Below are positions 6,274 to 13,224 of a stretch of DNA of 15,441 nucleotides, piece after piece. The position numbers and the translations under genes were made by a program. Position 1 is the first letter of the stretch; every line of letters begins with the position of its first letter. Origin of the DNA: a virus. The stretch lies in UHGV virus genome UHGV-0099063. One strand, written 5' to 3'. Below the pieces are notes generated by a model. The model worked only from the letters and a program-made list of their open reading frames with translations, made no database searches and was not told where the DNA came from.

Positions 6274-7709
6274 CAGAATCCTCCTTTCTTCTTGGACTGC
6301 GGTTCCTCGCGTTCACGTCGGCGCATTTCAGCAGACTGTTGGTCTGTGTCATAAATAGCGCCATTTGCCTGAATGCAATACACCGTGCCGGTATTGCCAT
6401 GACGATTGAGGCGAAGGATTAGTTCGGTTTCACCAGGAGGAACGCTGTCATCAAAAGCACCTTCACGATGGATCCCCACCCAATAATCGCAATCCTGTTC
6501 AATCTGCCCTGTATCTCGTGAGTCACTTGGTAATGGGCGTTTATTGGTTCGGCTTTCCAGTGCGCGGTTAAGCTGTGTCAGAAGCACAACAACGCAATCA
6601 AGCTCTTTGGCAAGGTTCTTCAGTCCTTTGGTGATCATGCCGTAAGCAAGGTCGTTGCGATCGGCCTTTTCAGCGGTCATTAGTGTCAGGTAATCGACCA
6701 GAATCATGCCAACACATCCTTTTTCTCGCTTGATTCGACGGCTTTCGCTGACGATTTGAGCCAGAGATAATCCCGGCGTGTCGTCGATGTAAAGCAGGTC
6801 GATTTCACTCAAGCGATTGGCTGTTTCGATCGCCCTGTTGAAGTCACCATCGTAATCACCCTGATAGCCGTCATCAGCGTCATTTGTCGCCGGAAGGTAA
6901 AAAATATTCGGGTTAACACCTGACTTCTGTCCTACCAGTTTTTCCAGTATCTGGTCACCGGGCATTTCAAGGCTGAACATCAGAGCGGGCTTTTTCTCAT
7001 GCACTGCGCAGTTGATTGCCATCTGGCTGTATAGCGTCGTTTTCCCCATCTTAGGGCGAGCGCCAATGACAAACAGAGAGCCTTTCACCAGACCTTTCGG
7101 TGACAGCATCCTGTCCAGCGATGGGATCCCTGTGCTCATTCCCCGTTGTTCGCCTGATGGGTCAAATCGCTTCTCAAGGTCGCTAACCCAGTCTTCCATG
7201 ACCTCGCCAAATGAGCGAAGGCCGCGACGCGATCCGGTTTTTGCATGGTCTGTCAGTTGCGTGAAAATCGCCTGAATAGCTTCGTACTTCTGCGTCGCAG
7301 TCATTCCGTTGCGGGAATAGAGCAATTCCGTCGCTTCAGTCATGCGGTTGATGGCGTAGCGTTCCATTGCGGTTTCGCGAACCTGCATTGCATAGGCAAC
7401 GATGTTTGCGGCGCTCGGCGTGTTCTTTGCGATCTCAGCGATATAAGCAAAACCGCCAACAGACGCCGTTAACGATTTACGCTCCAGTTCATCGAAAAGC
7501 GTCAGGCCATCTACTGGCTTTTGCTCCCGGTGCATTCTGGTTATTTCTTCGAAAAGGATTTTGTGTGGTCGGCTGTAAAATGAATCAGGCTTCAGCATCG
7601 CCAGAACTTTCTGGACGCGCTCACTGCTGTCATCATCCAGAAGCAATCCACCAATCACCGCCTGCTCTGCCTCGATGCTATGGGGCGGCGCATAAAAATT
7701 ATCGGTCAT
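6273..7709 (-). CDS. replicative DNA helicase, DnaB family (P22 gene 12-like)
   Basis: N-terminal DnaB-type helical domain (SIEAEQAVIGGLLLDDD), Walker A GARPKMGKTTL, and RecA-like core motifs. Preferred start is ATG 7709-7707 (GAGGGTG upstream), overlapping the end of the O-like gene. Confidence 0.9.
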   Translation of the reverse strand: MTDNFYAPPHSIEAEQAVIGGLLLDDDSSERVQKVLAMLKPDSFYSRPHKILFEEITRMHREQKPVDGLTLFDELERKSLTASVGGFAYIAEIAKNTPSAANIVAYAMQVRETAMERYAINRMTEATELLYSRNGMTATQKYEAIQAIFTQLTDHAKTGSRRGLRSFGEVMEDWVSDLEKRFDPSGEQRGMSTGIPSLDRMLSPKGLVKGSLFVIGARPKMGKTTLYSQMAINCAVHEKKPALMFSLEMPGDQILEKLVGQKSGVNPNIFYLPATNDADDGYQGDYDGDFNRAIETANRLSEIDLLYIDDTPGLSLAQIVSESRRIKREKGCVGMILVDYLTLMTAEKADRNDLAYGMITKGLKNLAKELDCVVVLLTQLNRALESRTNKRPLPSDSRDTGQIEQDCDYWVGIHREGAFDDSVPPGETELILRLNRHGNTGTVYCIQANGAIYDTDQQSAEMRRREREEPQSKKKGGF

Positions 7710-8589
7710 CGTGTTCACCCTCACGAACTTTCAGGTAGGTATTATCGTTAAGCAGGAAATCAAATCCCTTTTTGTGCCAGACGGTTCCTCGCTGATGGTT
7801 TGGGCGCTCTTCGAACATCCATCGGCAATTTTCGCCTACGTATCTCAAATAATTTCTCCAGTCCTGCATCGTGAACCCATGCCCGTCAAGCTGGCGGGTT
7901 ATCACTCCGGCTTTGCGCCAGAACGTTCGGATCTGGTTTTTACGCTTGTCATTCAGTGCGCGGATTCTTGGCGCTTCAGGAAGGATTTCGTGGTAAGCAT
8001 CGACAACATCCTGACAGCTAACGGAAGGTTTTTTCTTGTCAGACTTTTTGTCTGCTGTGGCACTCTCTAATACGTCAGTATTAGAGATATTATTTATATT
8101 ATTGTTTATGGACAACCGTTGGACAACCGTTGGACAATCTCCGCTGAGAGCCTCGCCATTACTGGTGTTTGCGTTGGACAACCGTTGGACAACCGTTGGA
8201 CAATTTTTTGCCTGAAAATCGTCATATTTAACGATTGTAAACAGGCTAAATTTCTTCCCCATCGAGCAAATATTAAGCATCCCTTTCGACTCAAAAGTCC
8301 GTAATAAGCTCCGAACTTTGTTGTCGGGGATGAATGTTTCTCTGACCAGCGACGGGCGTCCAGTTATCATCTGACCGCGATCAACAGTTATCGGCCCGAT
8401 ATCCGTATTGACGACAGTAGATTCGTGATTAGCCTTGAGGATTAAGTGAAGCCAAAGATGTACTGCCTGAGAGTCCTTATAGAGCCTGCTGTCCATAAAC
8501 TGGCGGTGTATATAGGCATACCCCATACTGGATGCCTCCTGATGTTGTACAGGGTTATGCCTGTAATCAGCTAACTTAACGACGCCCAT
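7699..8589 (-). CDS. replication initiation protein (lambda O-like) containing the ori iterons
   Basis: 296 aa ORF immediately upstream of the helicase. Its coding sequence carries two clusters of direct repeats that translate to repeated PTVVQRLS peptides, as the lambda O gene does around ori. Start 8589 (AGGAG upstream) or internal ATG 8526. Confidence 0.8.
   Translation of the reverse strand: MGVVKLADYRHNPVQHQEASSMGYAYIHRQFMDSRLYKDSQAVHLWLHLILKANHESTVVNTDIGPITVDRGQMITGRPSLVRETFIPDNKVRSLLRTFESKGMLNICSMGKKFSLFTIVKYDDFQAKNCPTVVQRLSNANTSNGEALSGDCPTVVQRLSINNNINNISNTDVLESATADKKSDKKKPSVSCQDVVDAYHEILPEAPRIRALNDKRKNQIRTFWRKAGVITRQLDGHGFTMQDWRNYLRYVGENCRWMFEERPNHQRGTVWHKKGFDFLLNDNTYLKVREGEHDDR
8110..8203. 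repeat. origin of replication: 11-bp iterons GGACAACCGTT in two clusters, next to an AT-rich tract
   Basis: Direct repeats at 8110-8120 and 8121-8131 with a partial copy at 8132-8137, then 8176-8186 and 8187-8197 with a partial copy at 8198-8203. An AT-rich stretch at about 8060-8105 lies downstream in the direction of O transcription. Confidence 0.7.
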
Positions 8590-8737
8590 GTTTCACTCCT
8601 GCTTTGGCTAGTCTGTAAACACCAACAAGGCGCTCTGCGAACGCCCTGTTATTTGCTGCGGCTACCACTAATCCCTCAGGTGAATCAGGGTGTCGAATCT
8701 CTTCTTTTTCCTGGTATTTCTTACGACGTTTTGTCAT
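8576..8737 (-). CDS. hypothetical small basic protein, 53 aa, between cII and the O-like gene
   Basis: ATG 8737-8735 preceded by AGGAG at 6-nt spacing; its stop overlaps the O-like start. No family recognised. Confidence 0.45.
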   Translation of the reverse strand: MTKRRKKYQEKEEIRHPDSPEGLVVAAANNRAFAERLVGVYRLAKAGVKHGRR

Positions 8738-8771
8738 AATTACTCCTGTGGATTGATCCAGTCTTTCTACA

Positions 8772-9050
8772 TCAGGCCTCAAAACTGTTGCCGCAGTCTT
8801 GAGGCTTTTCTTTTGTCAGCACCATGGCTACTTTCTTTGCCAGCTCCGCTAATTCCTCGTCTTCAACACCCCACTCCAGCACAGCCAGAAGCATGGCCAT
8901 CTTTGGGATAAAGCTGTCTTTCCATCGCGAAATTTGCGATTCATTGATCCCTAATGCATCAGCAACCTTTCGCTGACCACGTACAGCAATTCGATTTAGG
9001 ATGTTGCTTGTAATTGCATTCGCTTTCTTGCGAGTACTTGTAAGTTGCAT
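8772..9050 (-). CDS. cII: CII-like transcriptional activator
   Basis: From ATG 9050-9048: ...GINESQISRWKDSFIPKMAMLLAVLEWGVEDEELAELAKKVAMVLT, matching the recalled lambda CII core (SQISRWKRDWIPKFSMLLAVLEWGV). AAGGAA 9 nt upstream. The upstream extension in the ORF track would run through nutR. Confidence 0.8.
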   Translation of the reverse strand: MQLTSTRKKANAITSNILNRIAVRGQRKVADALGINESQISRWKDSFIPKMAMLLAVLEWGVEDEELAELAKKVAMVLTKEKPQDCGNSFEA

Positions 9051-9108
9051 ATGTAAGTATTTCCTTAACAAATAAGAAGTTATGCGCACCAGCTGATGCG
9101 CGTTGTAT

Positions 9109-9152
9109 TCCCGCATTTCGGCGGGAATGAGGACCATGACTGTTAAAGAGCG
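9109..9152 (-). promoter_or_regulatory. nutR: boxA plus boxB hairpin
   Basis: Minus strand reads CGCTCTTTAACA (boxA, plus 9141-9152), then 14 nt, then hairpin TCCCGCCGAAATGCGGGA (boxB, plus 9109-9126); located between the cro stop and the cII start. The boxB is identical to the one in nutL. Confidence 0.65.
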
Positions 9153-9159
9153 GTGTTAC

Positions 9160-9384
9160 TTATGCTGCCTGATTCGGTTTTGGAAACAGGTGTGGCAAAT
9201 CGGGGCGAATTTCGTAAGCCTTGATCTGCCCTCCAGTGGCGTTAACGATGGCGGTAACTTTCTCTGGAGAGACCAACCCGCCTTTCAGCCATTTGTGTAC
9301 TGCTGGCTGCGTTACACCACACTTGTCGGCAAGGCGCTTTTGGCTACCGACAATTTTCAAGGCTCGTTGAATTACTAAATTCAT
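9160..9384 (-). CDS. cro: Cro-like repressor (YdaS/Cro-type HTH)
   Basis: From ATG 9384-9382 (GAGG 8 nt upstream): HTH segment QKRLADKCGVTQPAVHKWLKGG. Divergent from cI across the operator region and followed by nutR. Confidence 0.8.
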   Translation of the reverse strand: MNLVIQRALKIVGSQKRLADKCGVTQPAVHKWLKGGLVSPEKVTAIVNATGGQIKAYEIRPDLPHLFPKPNQAA

Positions 9385-9407
9385 GAGCATACCTCTTGTG
9401 GTCATTA

Positions 9408-9484
9408 CTTATAACCAAAGATAACTCAAGTTATAAAAAATAGCAATAACCTTTGTTATTTTACTTTGGATAACCGTAGTTATA
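9408..9484. promoter_or_regulatory. right operator region OR: three 14-bp palindromes ATAAC-N4-GTTAT
   Basis: ATAACtcaaGTTAT (9421-9434), ATAACctttGTTAT (9446-9459), ATAACcgtaGTTAT (9470-9483), spaced about 25 bp apart between the divergent cro and cI starts, plus an extra half-site at 9411-9416. Confidence 0.65.
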
Positions 9485-9495
9485 GATTTGTGAGT

Positions 9496-10203
9496 ATGAA
9501 AACATTCGCAGAAAGACTAAATGCAGCCATGAGCTCAGCAGGGGTATCACAATCACAGCTTGCTGACATGGTTGGAATATCTCAGCCAGCCATACAGAAG
9601 ATGTCGTCCGGTAAAACAAACGGATCTCGCAAGATGGTTGAATTAGCCAATGCTTTAAAAGTGCGTCCTGAATGGCTTAGTTCTGGTATTGGTGAAATGA
9701 GGGATGGTGCACATGAAGAACCATCCAATGTCCGTGAGTCATCTTTAAAAGCTGTGGTATGGGAAGACATTAAAAGAAACGATGACGAGTTTGTTGCGTT
9801 GCCTCTTCTTAACGTTTCGCTTTCAGCTGGAAGCGGTAGCTGCGAGCTAGAGGAATCATCGGAGTTCTCTTTGGTTTTCAGAAAGCACTATCTGAAAAAG
9901 ATGGGAGTATCAGAAAGATCAGCCAAGCTAGTTAGGGTTGTAGGGCAAAGCATGGAACCAACGCTTCACGATGGCGATGTTGTTGGTGTTAACACGCAAG
10001 ATACCACAATCAGAGATGGTAAAACCTACGCTATTTGCCAGTCTGATTTGTTACGAGTAAAAACATTAATCGCCACCCCTACATCGGTGATAATCAGATC
10101 AATAAATCGCGAAGAGTACCCGGATGAAGTAATGGATAGAGATGAATTTCATGAAACCGTAAGGATTATTGGCAGAGTATTCTGGTCGTCTCATAGTTGG
10201 TAA
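9496..10203 (+). CDS. cI: CI-type prophage repressor (N-terminal HTH, C-terminal S24 LexA-like autopeptidase)
   Basis: HTH SQSQLADMVGISQPAIQKM; candidate Ala-Gly cleavage site in LSAGSG; catalytic Ser in GQSMEP and a downstream Lys in LLRVKTL. ATG 9496 lies 12 nt after the third operator with no clear SD, compatible with a leaderless pRM-type transcript. Confidence 0.9.
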   Translation: MKTFAERLNAAMSSAGVSQSQLADMVGISQPAIQKMSSGKTNGSRKMVELANALKVRPEWLSSGIGEMRDGAHEEPSNVRESSLKAVVWEDIKRNDDEFVALPLLNVSLSAGSGSCELEESSEFSLVFRKHYLKKMGVSERSAKLVRVVGQSMEPTLHDGDVVGVNTQDTTIRDGKTYAICQSDLLRVKTLIATPTSVIIRSINREEYPDEVMDRDEFHETVRIIGRVFWSSHSW

Positions 10204-10243
10204 CCGATAATCAGAAGAAGACTTACGGAAGTGCGGAGGGATA

Positions 10244-10540
10244 ATGGAATTTCTGATAGTTTTTGTTGTTGTTTTGGTCATCATTCTTTTTGTTTTGCTA
10301 AGCATTAGCAAAAAGCTATCTCAAATGATTGAACATAGCTCTAATCGCGCAAAAGAAGAAGAGCATCTAATTGATATAAAAGAGATTCTCTCTGATATAA
10401 AAATCACATTAGATGAAATAAAATACACAACAGATCTAATTGAACAGTATAAAATACCAACCCCAAACGAGAGAAAAGCAATAGATCAATATCGTATTGA
10501 CTTAGAAATCGACGAAATGCTAAGCAAAAGAAAAGACTAA
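10244..10540 (+). CDS. small membrane-anchored protein co-transcribed with cI (rex/sie-position gene), function unknown
   Basis: 98 aa; N-terminal hydrophobic helix EFLIVFVVVLVIILFVLLSI, then a charged, probably helical domain. GGAGGG 4-5 nt before the ATG; starts 40 nt after the cI stop; markedly AT-rich relative to flanks; followed by a strong terminator. Confidence 0.65.
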   Translation: MEFLIVFVVVLVIILFVLLSISKKLSQMIEHSSNRAKEEEHLIDIKEILSDIKITLDEIKYTTDLIEQYKIPTPNERKAIDQYRIDLEIDEMLSKRKD

Positions 10541-10545
10541 AAACA

Positions 10546-10572
10546 CCCGGCCTCAGCGCCGGGTTTTCTTTT
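10546..10572 (+). terminator. rho-independent terminator ending the cI operon
   Basis: Stem CCCGGC/GCCGGG (10546-10551 and 10558-10563), 6-nt loop, followed by TTTTCTTTT (10564-10572). Confidence 0.75.
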
Positions 10573-10694
10573 CCTGCCGTTCACCACCCAATCAACCATC
10601 CTCATCATAGACAAGCATCAAGCCAAAGGTAACACCTTCACCCCGCACGTAAGCCCTCAAACACCAATCAATCAGCAACATTTACAAAAATAAA

Positions 10695-10780
10695 ATACCT
10701 TTGTTATCCATCACTTATAACTTATTTACCATAAAATATAAATTAGGTTATTGACCACACCTATAACCTAAGTTATCTTT
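10695..10780 (+). promoter_or_regulatory. left operator/promoter region OL-pL
   Basis: Operator-type palindromes ATAACctaaGTTAT (10763-10776) and variant ATACCtttGTTAT (10695-10707), plus a TTATAAC half-site. Candidate pL: -35 TTGACC (10750-10755), 17-bp spacer, -10 TATCTT (10773-10778) overlapping the operator. Confidence 0.5.
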
Positions 10781-10825
10781 AAGCCATCAGCAGGACGCTG
10801 GAAGCCAAACGGAACAGATTGGCAG

Positions 10826-10866
10826 GCTCTTTAACATTGATGGGATTGTCCCGCCGAAATGCGGGA
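10826..10866 (+). promoter_or_regulatory. nutL: boxA plus boxB hairpin
   Basis: GCTCTTTAACA (10826-10836), then hairpin TCCCGCCGAAATGCGGGA (10849-10866), identical to the nutR boxB; downstream of the candidate pL and upstream of N. Confidence 0.65.
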
Positions 10867-11296
10867 ACTGAGTTTAACCAAACAGGAGGTGCCGTAATGG
10901 TGCACTAACGCGGTTAGACCGCAGCCGAAAGGCAATGCAGCAGTAATGATGCTGCCCTGAGTCGCCATTGAGCGAGCCTGCTTAGCATCGGGTTAGGGTC
11001 AATATATTAAAAGTAGCTCCGGTAAAGCAGCGCGAATGCCAGACGCGCACCGGTTATCAGCGGCGATGAAGCGGCAGAGACTCAATGGCATGAGCGCGCT
11101 CACTGCGAGAGTGTGAGTCAAAGAGTAGTTGGCTTTGGGATTGGGTGAATGCGCAGACTGATGCGATATGACCTGCACTGGCGAGGAGACGATCCTCAGG
11201 GGGTCACTAGGCGTGATAATGACCAGGCGAAGCACTAACCAAGCCGGAGATCAGTACCGTCCACCTAATCACCAAAGCCAATCATCGGAGTTCAAC

Positions 11297-11566
11297 ATGA
11301 TAATCGTTACTTATCTGGCTGATGATAACGCCAGAAATCGCCGCAGAGCACGCAGACAGGCTCAACGTGAACAGGCAATGCAAGAACAGCGATTGGCACG
11401 AAAAATTGCGCTAAAGCTCTCTGGTTGCGTCAGAGCAGATAAAGCAGCATCACTCGGAAGCCTTCGCTGCAAGAAGGCAGATGAATGCAGTGGAAGTATT
11501 TGCCTGCCAAACGTAGCTATTTACGCGGCAGGCTACCGGAAATCAAAACAACTGACGGCGAGGTAA
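11297..11566 (+). CDS. N: N-type antiterminator (P22 gp24-like) with N-terminal arginine-rich motif
   Basis: From ATG 11297 (GGAG 6 nt upstream): MIIVTYLADDNARNRRRARRQAQRE... with C-terminus LPNVAIYAAGYRKSKQLTAR, matching the recalled P22 gp24 (MTVITY...LPGVALYAAGHRKSKQITAR). The upstream in-frame extension from 11168 lacks an RBS and would bury the arginine-rich motif. Confidence 0.8.
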   Translation: MIIVTYLADDNARNRRRARRQAQREQAMQEQRLARKIALKLSGCVRADKAASLGSLRCKKADECSGSICLPNVAIYAAGYRKSKQLTAR

Positions 11567-11568
11567 TT

Positions 11569-11931
11569 ATGGGTCAGGAAGAAAAATATGAGCTTAAAAA
11601 GCTCATTGAAGAAGACGCCATAGAAGAAATTGCAGCATTAACAACAGCTATAAAGAATATTAGGTATGCGCTAAATACGCTTATCTCCTCATGCGACAAA
11701 AATAGCAGGGAATTTTTGATACTTGGCGCAGCTCTAGGAATAGTTGATGCGGCAACGCTTCACCTAATTACTCATGACGATATTCTTATTGAGCCGTATG
11801 AAACATTACTGCTTGTCAGGCAAAAAATGGCTGATGCCGCAGCAAATGGAGACATTCAACTTTACATCGACTTAAGGAAAGTATTAAGGCGAATGGTCAG
11901 AACTGAAGGAGATATCCCCCTGACAAAGTAA
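11569..11931 (+). CDS. hypothetical early protein, 120 aa, between N and ral
   Basis: ATG 11569 sits 2 nt after the N stop (start MGQEEKYELKK...). Acidic, predicted helical; no family recognised. Confidence 0.55.
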   Translation: MGQEEKYELKKLIEEDAIEEIAALTTAIKNIRYALNTLISSCDKNSREFLILGAALGIVDAATLHLITHDDILIEPYETLLLVRQKMADAAANGDIQLYIDLRKVLRRMVRTEGDIPLTK

Positions 11932-12121
11932 GGGGGTGAAGAGGATTTTACTATTTTTCTCGCTGTAGGGGTACACGAGAACCACCGAGCCTGATGTGGT
12001 TAAAAGACAGGCACAATCTTTACTACCGCAAGCCACTATTTAAGGTGATATATGGAAGAAGAATTTGAAGAGTTCGAAGAGCATCCTCAGGATGTGATGG
12101 AACAATACTAGGACTATCCGT

Positions 12122-12322
12122 ATGACTACGACTATTGATAAAAATCAATGGTGTGGACAATTCAAGCGATGCAATGGATGCAAGCTGCAATCGGAATGCA
12201 TGGTTAAGCCTGAAGAAATGTTCCCTGTAATGGAGGATGGGAAATATGTCGATAAATGGGCAATACGAACGACGGCAATGATTGCCAGAGAACTTGGTAA
12301 ACAGAATAACAAGGCTGACTGA
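12122..12322 (+). CDS. ral: Ral restriction-alleviation protein
   Basis: 66 aa MTTTIDKNQWCGQFKRCNGCKLQSECMVKPEEMFPVMEDGKYVDKWAIRTTAMIARELGKQNNKAD, essentially identical to lambda Ral as recalled. Confidence 0.85.
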   Translation: MTTTIDKNQWCGQFKRCNGCKLQSECMVKPEEMFPVMEDGKYVDKWAIRTTAMIARELGKQNNKAD

Positions 12323-12340
12323 TAGTCGGCCTTTATTTTT
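12313..12340 (+). terminator. candidate rho-independent terminator overlapping the ral stop
   Basis: Stem GGCTGACT/AGTCGGCC (one G-U pair) with 3-nt loop, followed by TTTATTTTT (12332-12340). Confidence 0.5.
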
Positions 12341-12363
12341 GGCATAAACAATATGGGGTAAAA

Positions 12364-12690
12364 ATGAAAGTTTTAATGGTTTATGAAAATGTTCCAGAGT
12401 CGACTGAAATCTATATTTTTGATGCCAATGAAGATGAAGTTAACGATTTGAAATCGTCTCACGGCAATTACACAAATGCTAATTGTGATGAAAGTATCGA
12501 AAAAGCACTATCACGTGTTCTTGTCAGAATTAGTGATCCAGAACATTGTGATGATGATTGGCTTTCTTATTGTGGAGCGGTAAAAACTGATGCAGGAAAA
12601 TGGAGTAAAAGTAAAGTTGATAACTCAACTCCAATCATTATGAAAGATAGTGATATTGAAATGGTAATAATAACCGGAATGATTATGTAG
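12364..12690 (+). CDS. hypothetical acidic protein, 108 aa, AT-rich, adjacent to ral
   Basis: About 21 Asp/Glu against about 10 Lys/Arg; clearly lower GC than the flanks; followed by a perfect 9-bp inverted repeat (12706-12733) and a terminator. No family recognised. Confidence 0.6.
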   Translation: MKVLMVYENVPESTEIYIFDANEDEVNDLKSSHGNYTNANCDESIEKALSRVLVRISDPEHCDDDWLSYCGAVKTDAGKWSKSKVDNSTPIIMKDSDIEMVIITGMIM

Positions 12691-12796
12691 GCTGCGAATA
12701 AGCACTGTGTATTCATTCCAGCGAGTGAATACACGGAGCAATGTCGCTCGTAACTAAACAGGAGCCGACTTGTTCTGATTATTGGAAATCTTCTTT

Positions 12797-12820
12797 GCCC
12801 TCCGATGTGAGGGCTTTTTT
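12797..12820 (+). terminator. rho-independent terminator
   Basis: Stem GCCCTC/GAGGGC (12797-12802 and 12809-12814), loop CGATGT, followed by TTTTTT (12815-12820). Confidence 0.6.
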
Positions 12821-12886
12821 ATATTCATACCAATAACGCTTCACTTGAGGCGTTTTCGTTATGCAATCAAACAGAAGGAGCATCCT

Positions 12887-13057
12887 ATGCAACAGTTCGC
12901 TATTGCAGGGGCGGCATCGGTTCGCCCTTTCAACCCGATTTTATCGGTGCAGCATTCACGAAAAAATATTTTAACCGGAGCAGACTTTAAACAACCAAGA
13001 ATGAAAAGCTTGCTCGAAAAGCTTTGGGATATTTTGAAACAACAAGGCCGTCCATGA
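12887..13057 (+). CDS. cIII: CIII-like protein (FtsH inhibitor that protects CII)
   Basis: Not in the ORF track as a separate gene. ATG 12887 with AAGGAG at 6-nt spacing; MQQFAIAGAASVRP...SLLEKLWDILKQQGRP resembles the recalled lambda CIII (MQYAIAGWPVAG...SLLERITRKLRDGWKRLIDIL). Confidence 0.6.
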   Translation: MQQFAIAGAASVRPFNPILSVQHSRKNILTGADFKQPRMKSLLEKLWDILKQQGRP

Positions 13058-13224
13058 GTTTTGCAGATAACTGGTCAGACGAAGAATTCATTCGTCAGAT
13101 GAAAGAATTAATCGGTAATGAAGGAGATATTCATGTCACTTGCAACCACAGTGAAGGAGAGCAAGTTACAGAGACGCATGTACACGCAGCAGGCGTTAAT
13201 GTATCGCCAGAAGGGAGATCGTGA
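13054..13224 (+). CDS. hypothetical small acidic protein (kil-position ORF)
   Basis: ATG 13054 overlaps the cIII stop (ATGA) with AAGG 6 nt upstream. Overlaps the next ORF out of frame over about 90 nt, so only one of the two may be real. Confidence 0.4.
   Translation: MSFADNWSDEEFIRQMKELIGNEGDIHVTCNHSEGEQVTETHVHAAGVNVSPEGRS

Noticed and set aside
7012-7738. Several plus-strand ORFs (7012-7275, 7245-7472, 7367-7738)
   Set aside because: All lie antisense inside the DnaB-like helicase gene; Arg/Ser/Cys-rich with no RBS evidence.
8106-8304. ORFs 8106-8294 (minus) and 8119-8304 (plus), and the repeat array considered as a CRISPR-like locus
   Set aside because: The repeats are contiguous 11-bp direct iterons with no spacers, inside the O-like gene, which is characteristic of a phage origin and not of CRISPR. 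The two ORFs are frames forced open by the repeats.
9103-9378. Plus-strand 91-aa ORF
   Set aside because: Antisense to cro and overlapping nutR; no RBS.
9466-9495. N-terminal extension of the cI ORF from 9466
   Set aside because: Position 9466 is a TTG inside the operator array; the ATG at 9496 (MKTFAERL...) directly precedes the HTH and fits a leaderless pRM-type start.
10999-11235. Minus-strand 78-aa ORF and the in-frame N extension from 11168
   Set aside because: The minus ORF is antisense within the N leader and has no RBS. The 11168 start would place the arginine-rich motif far from the N-terminus and lacks an SD, whereas 11297 has GGAG at ideal spacing and matches the gp24-like N-terminus.
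12145-12351. Minus-strand 68-aa ORF
   Set aside because: Antisense to ral, which is near-identical to lambda Ral as recalled.
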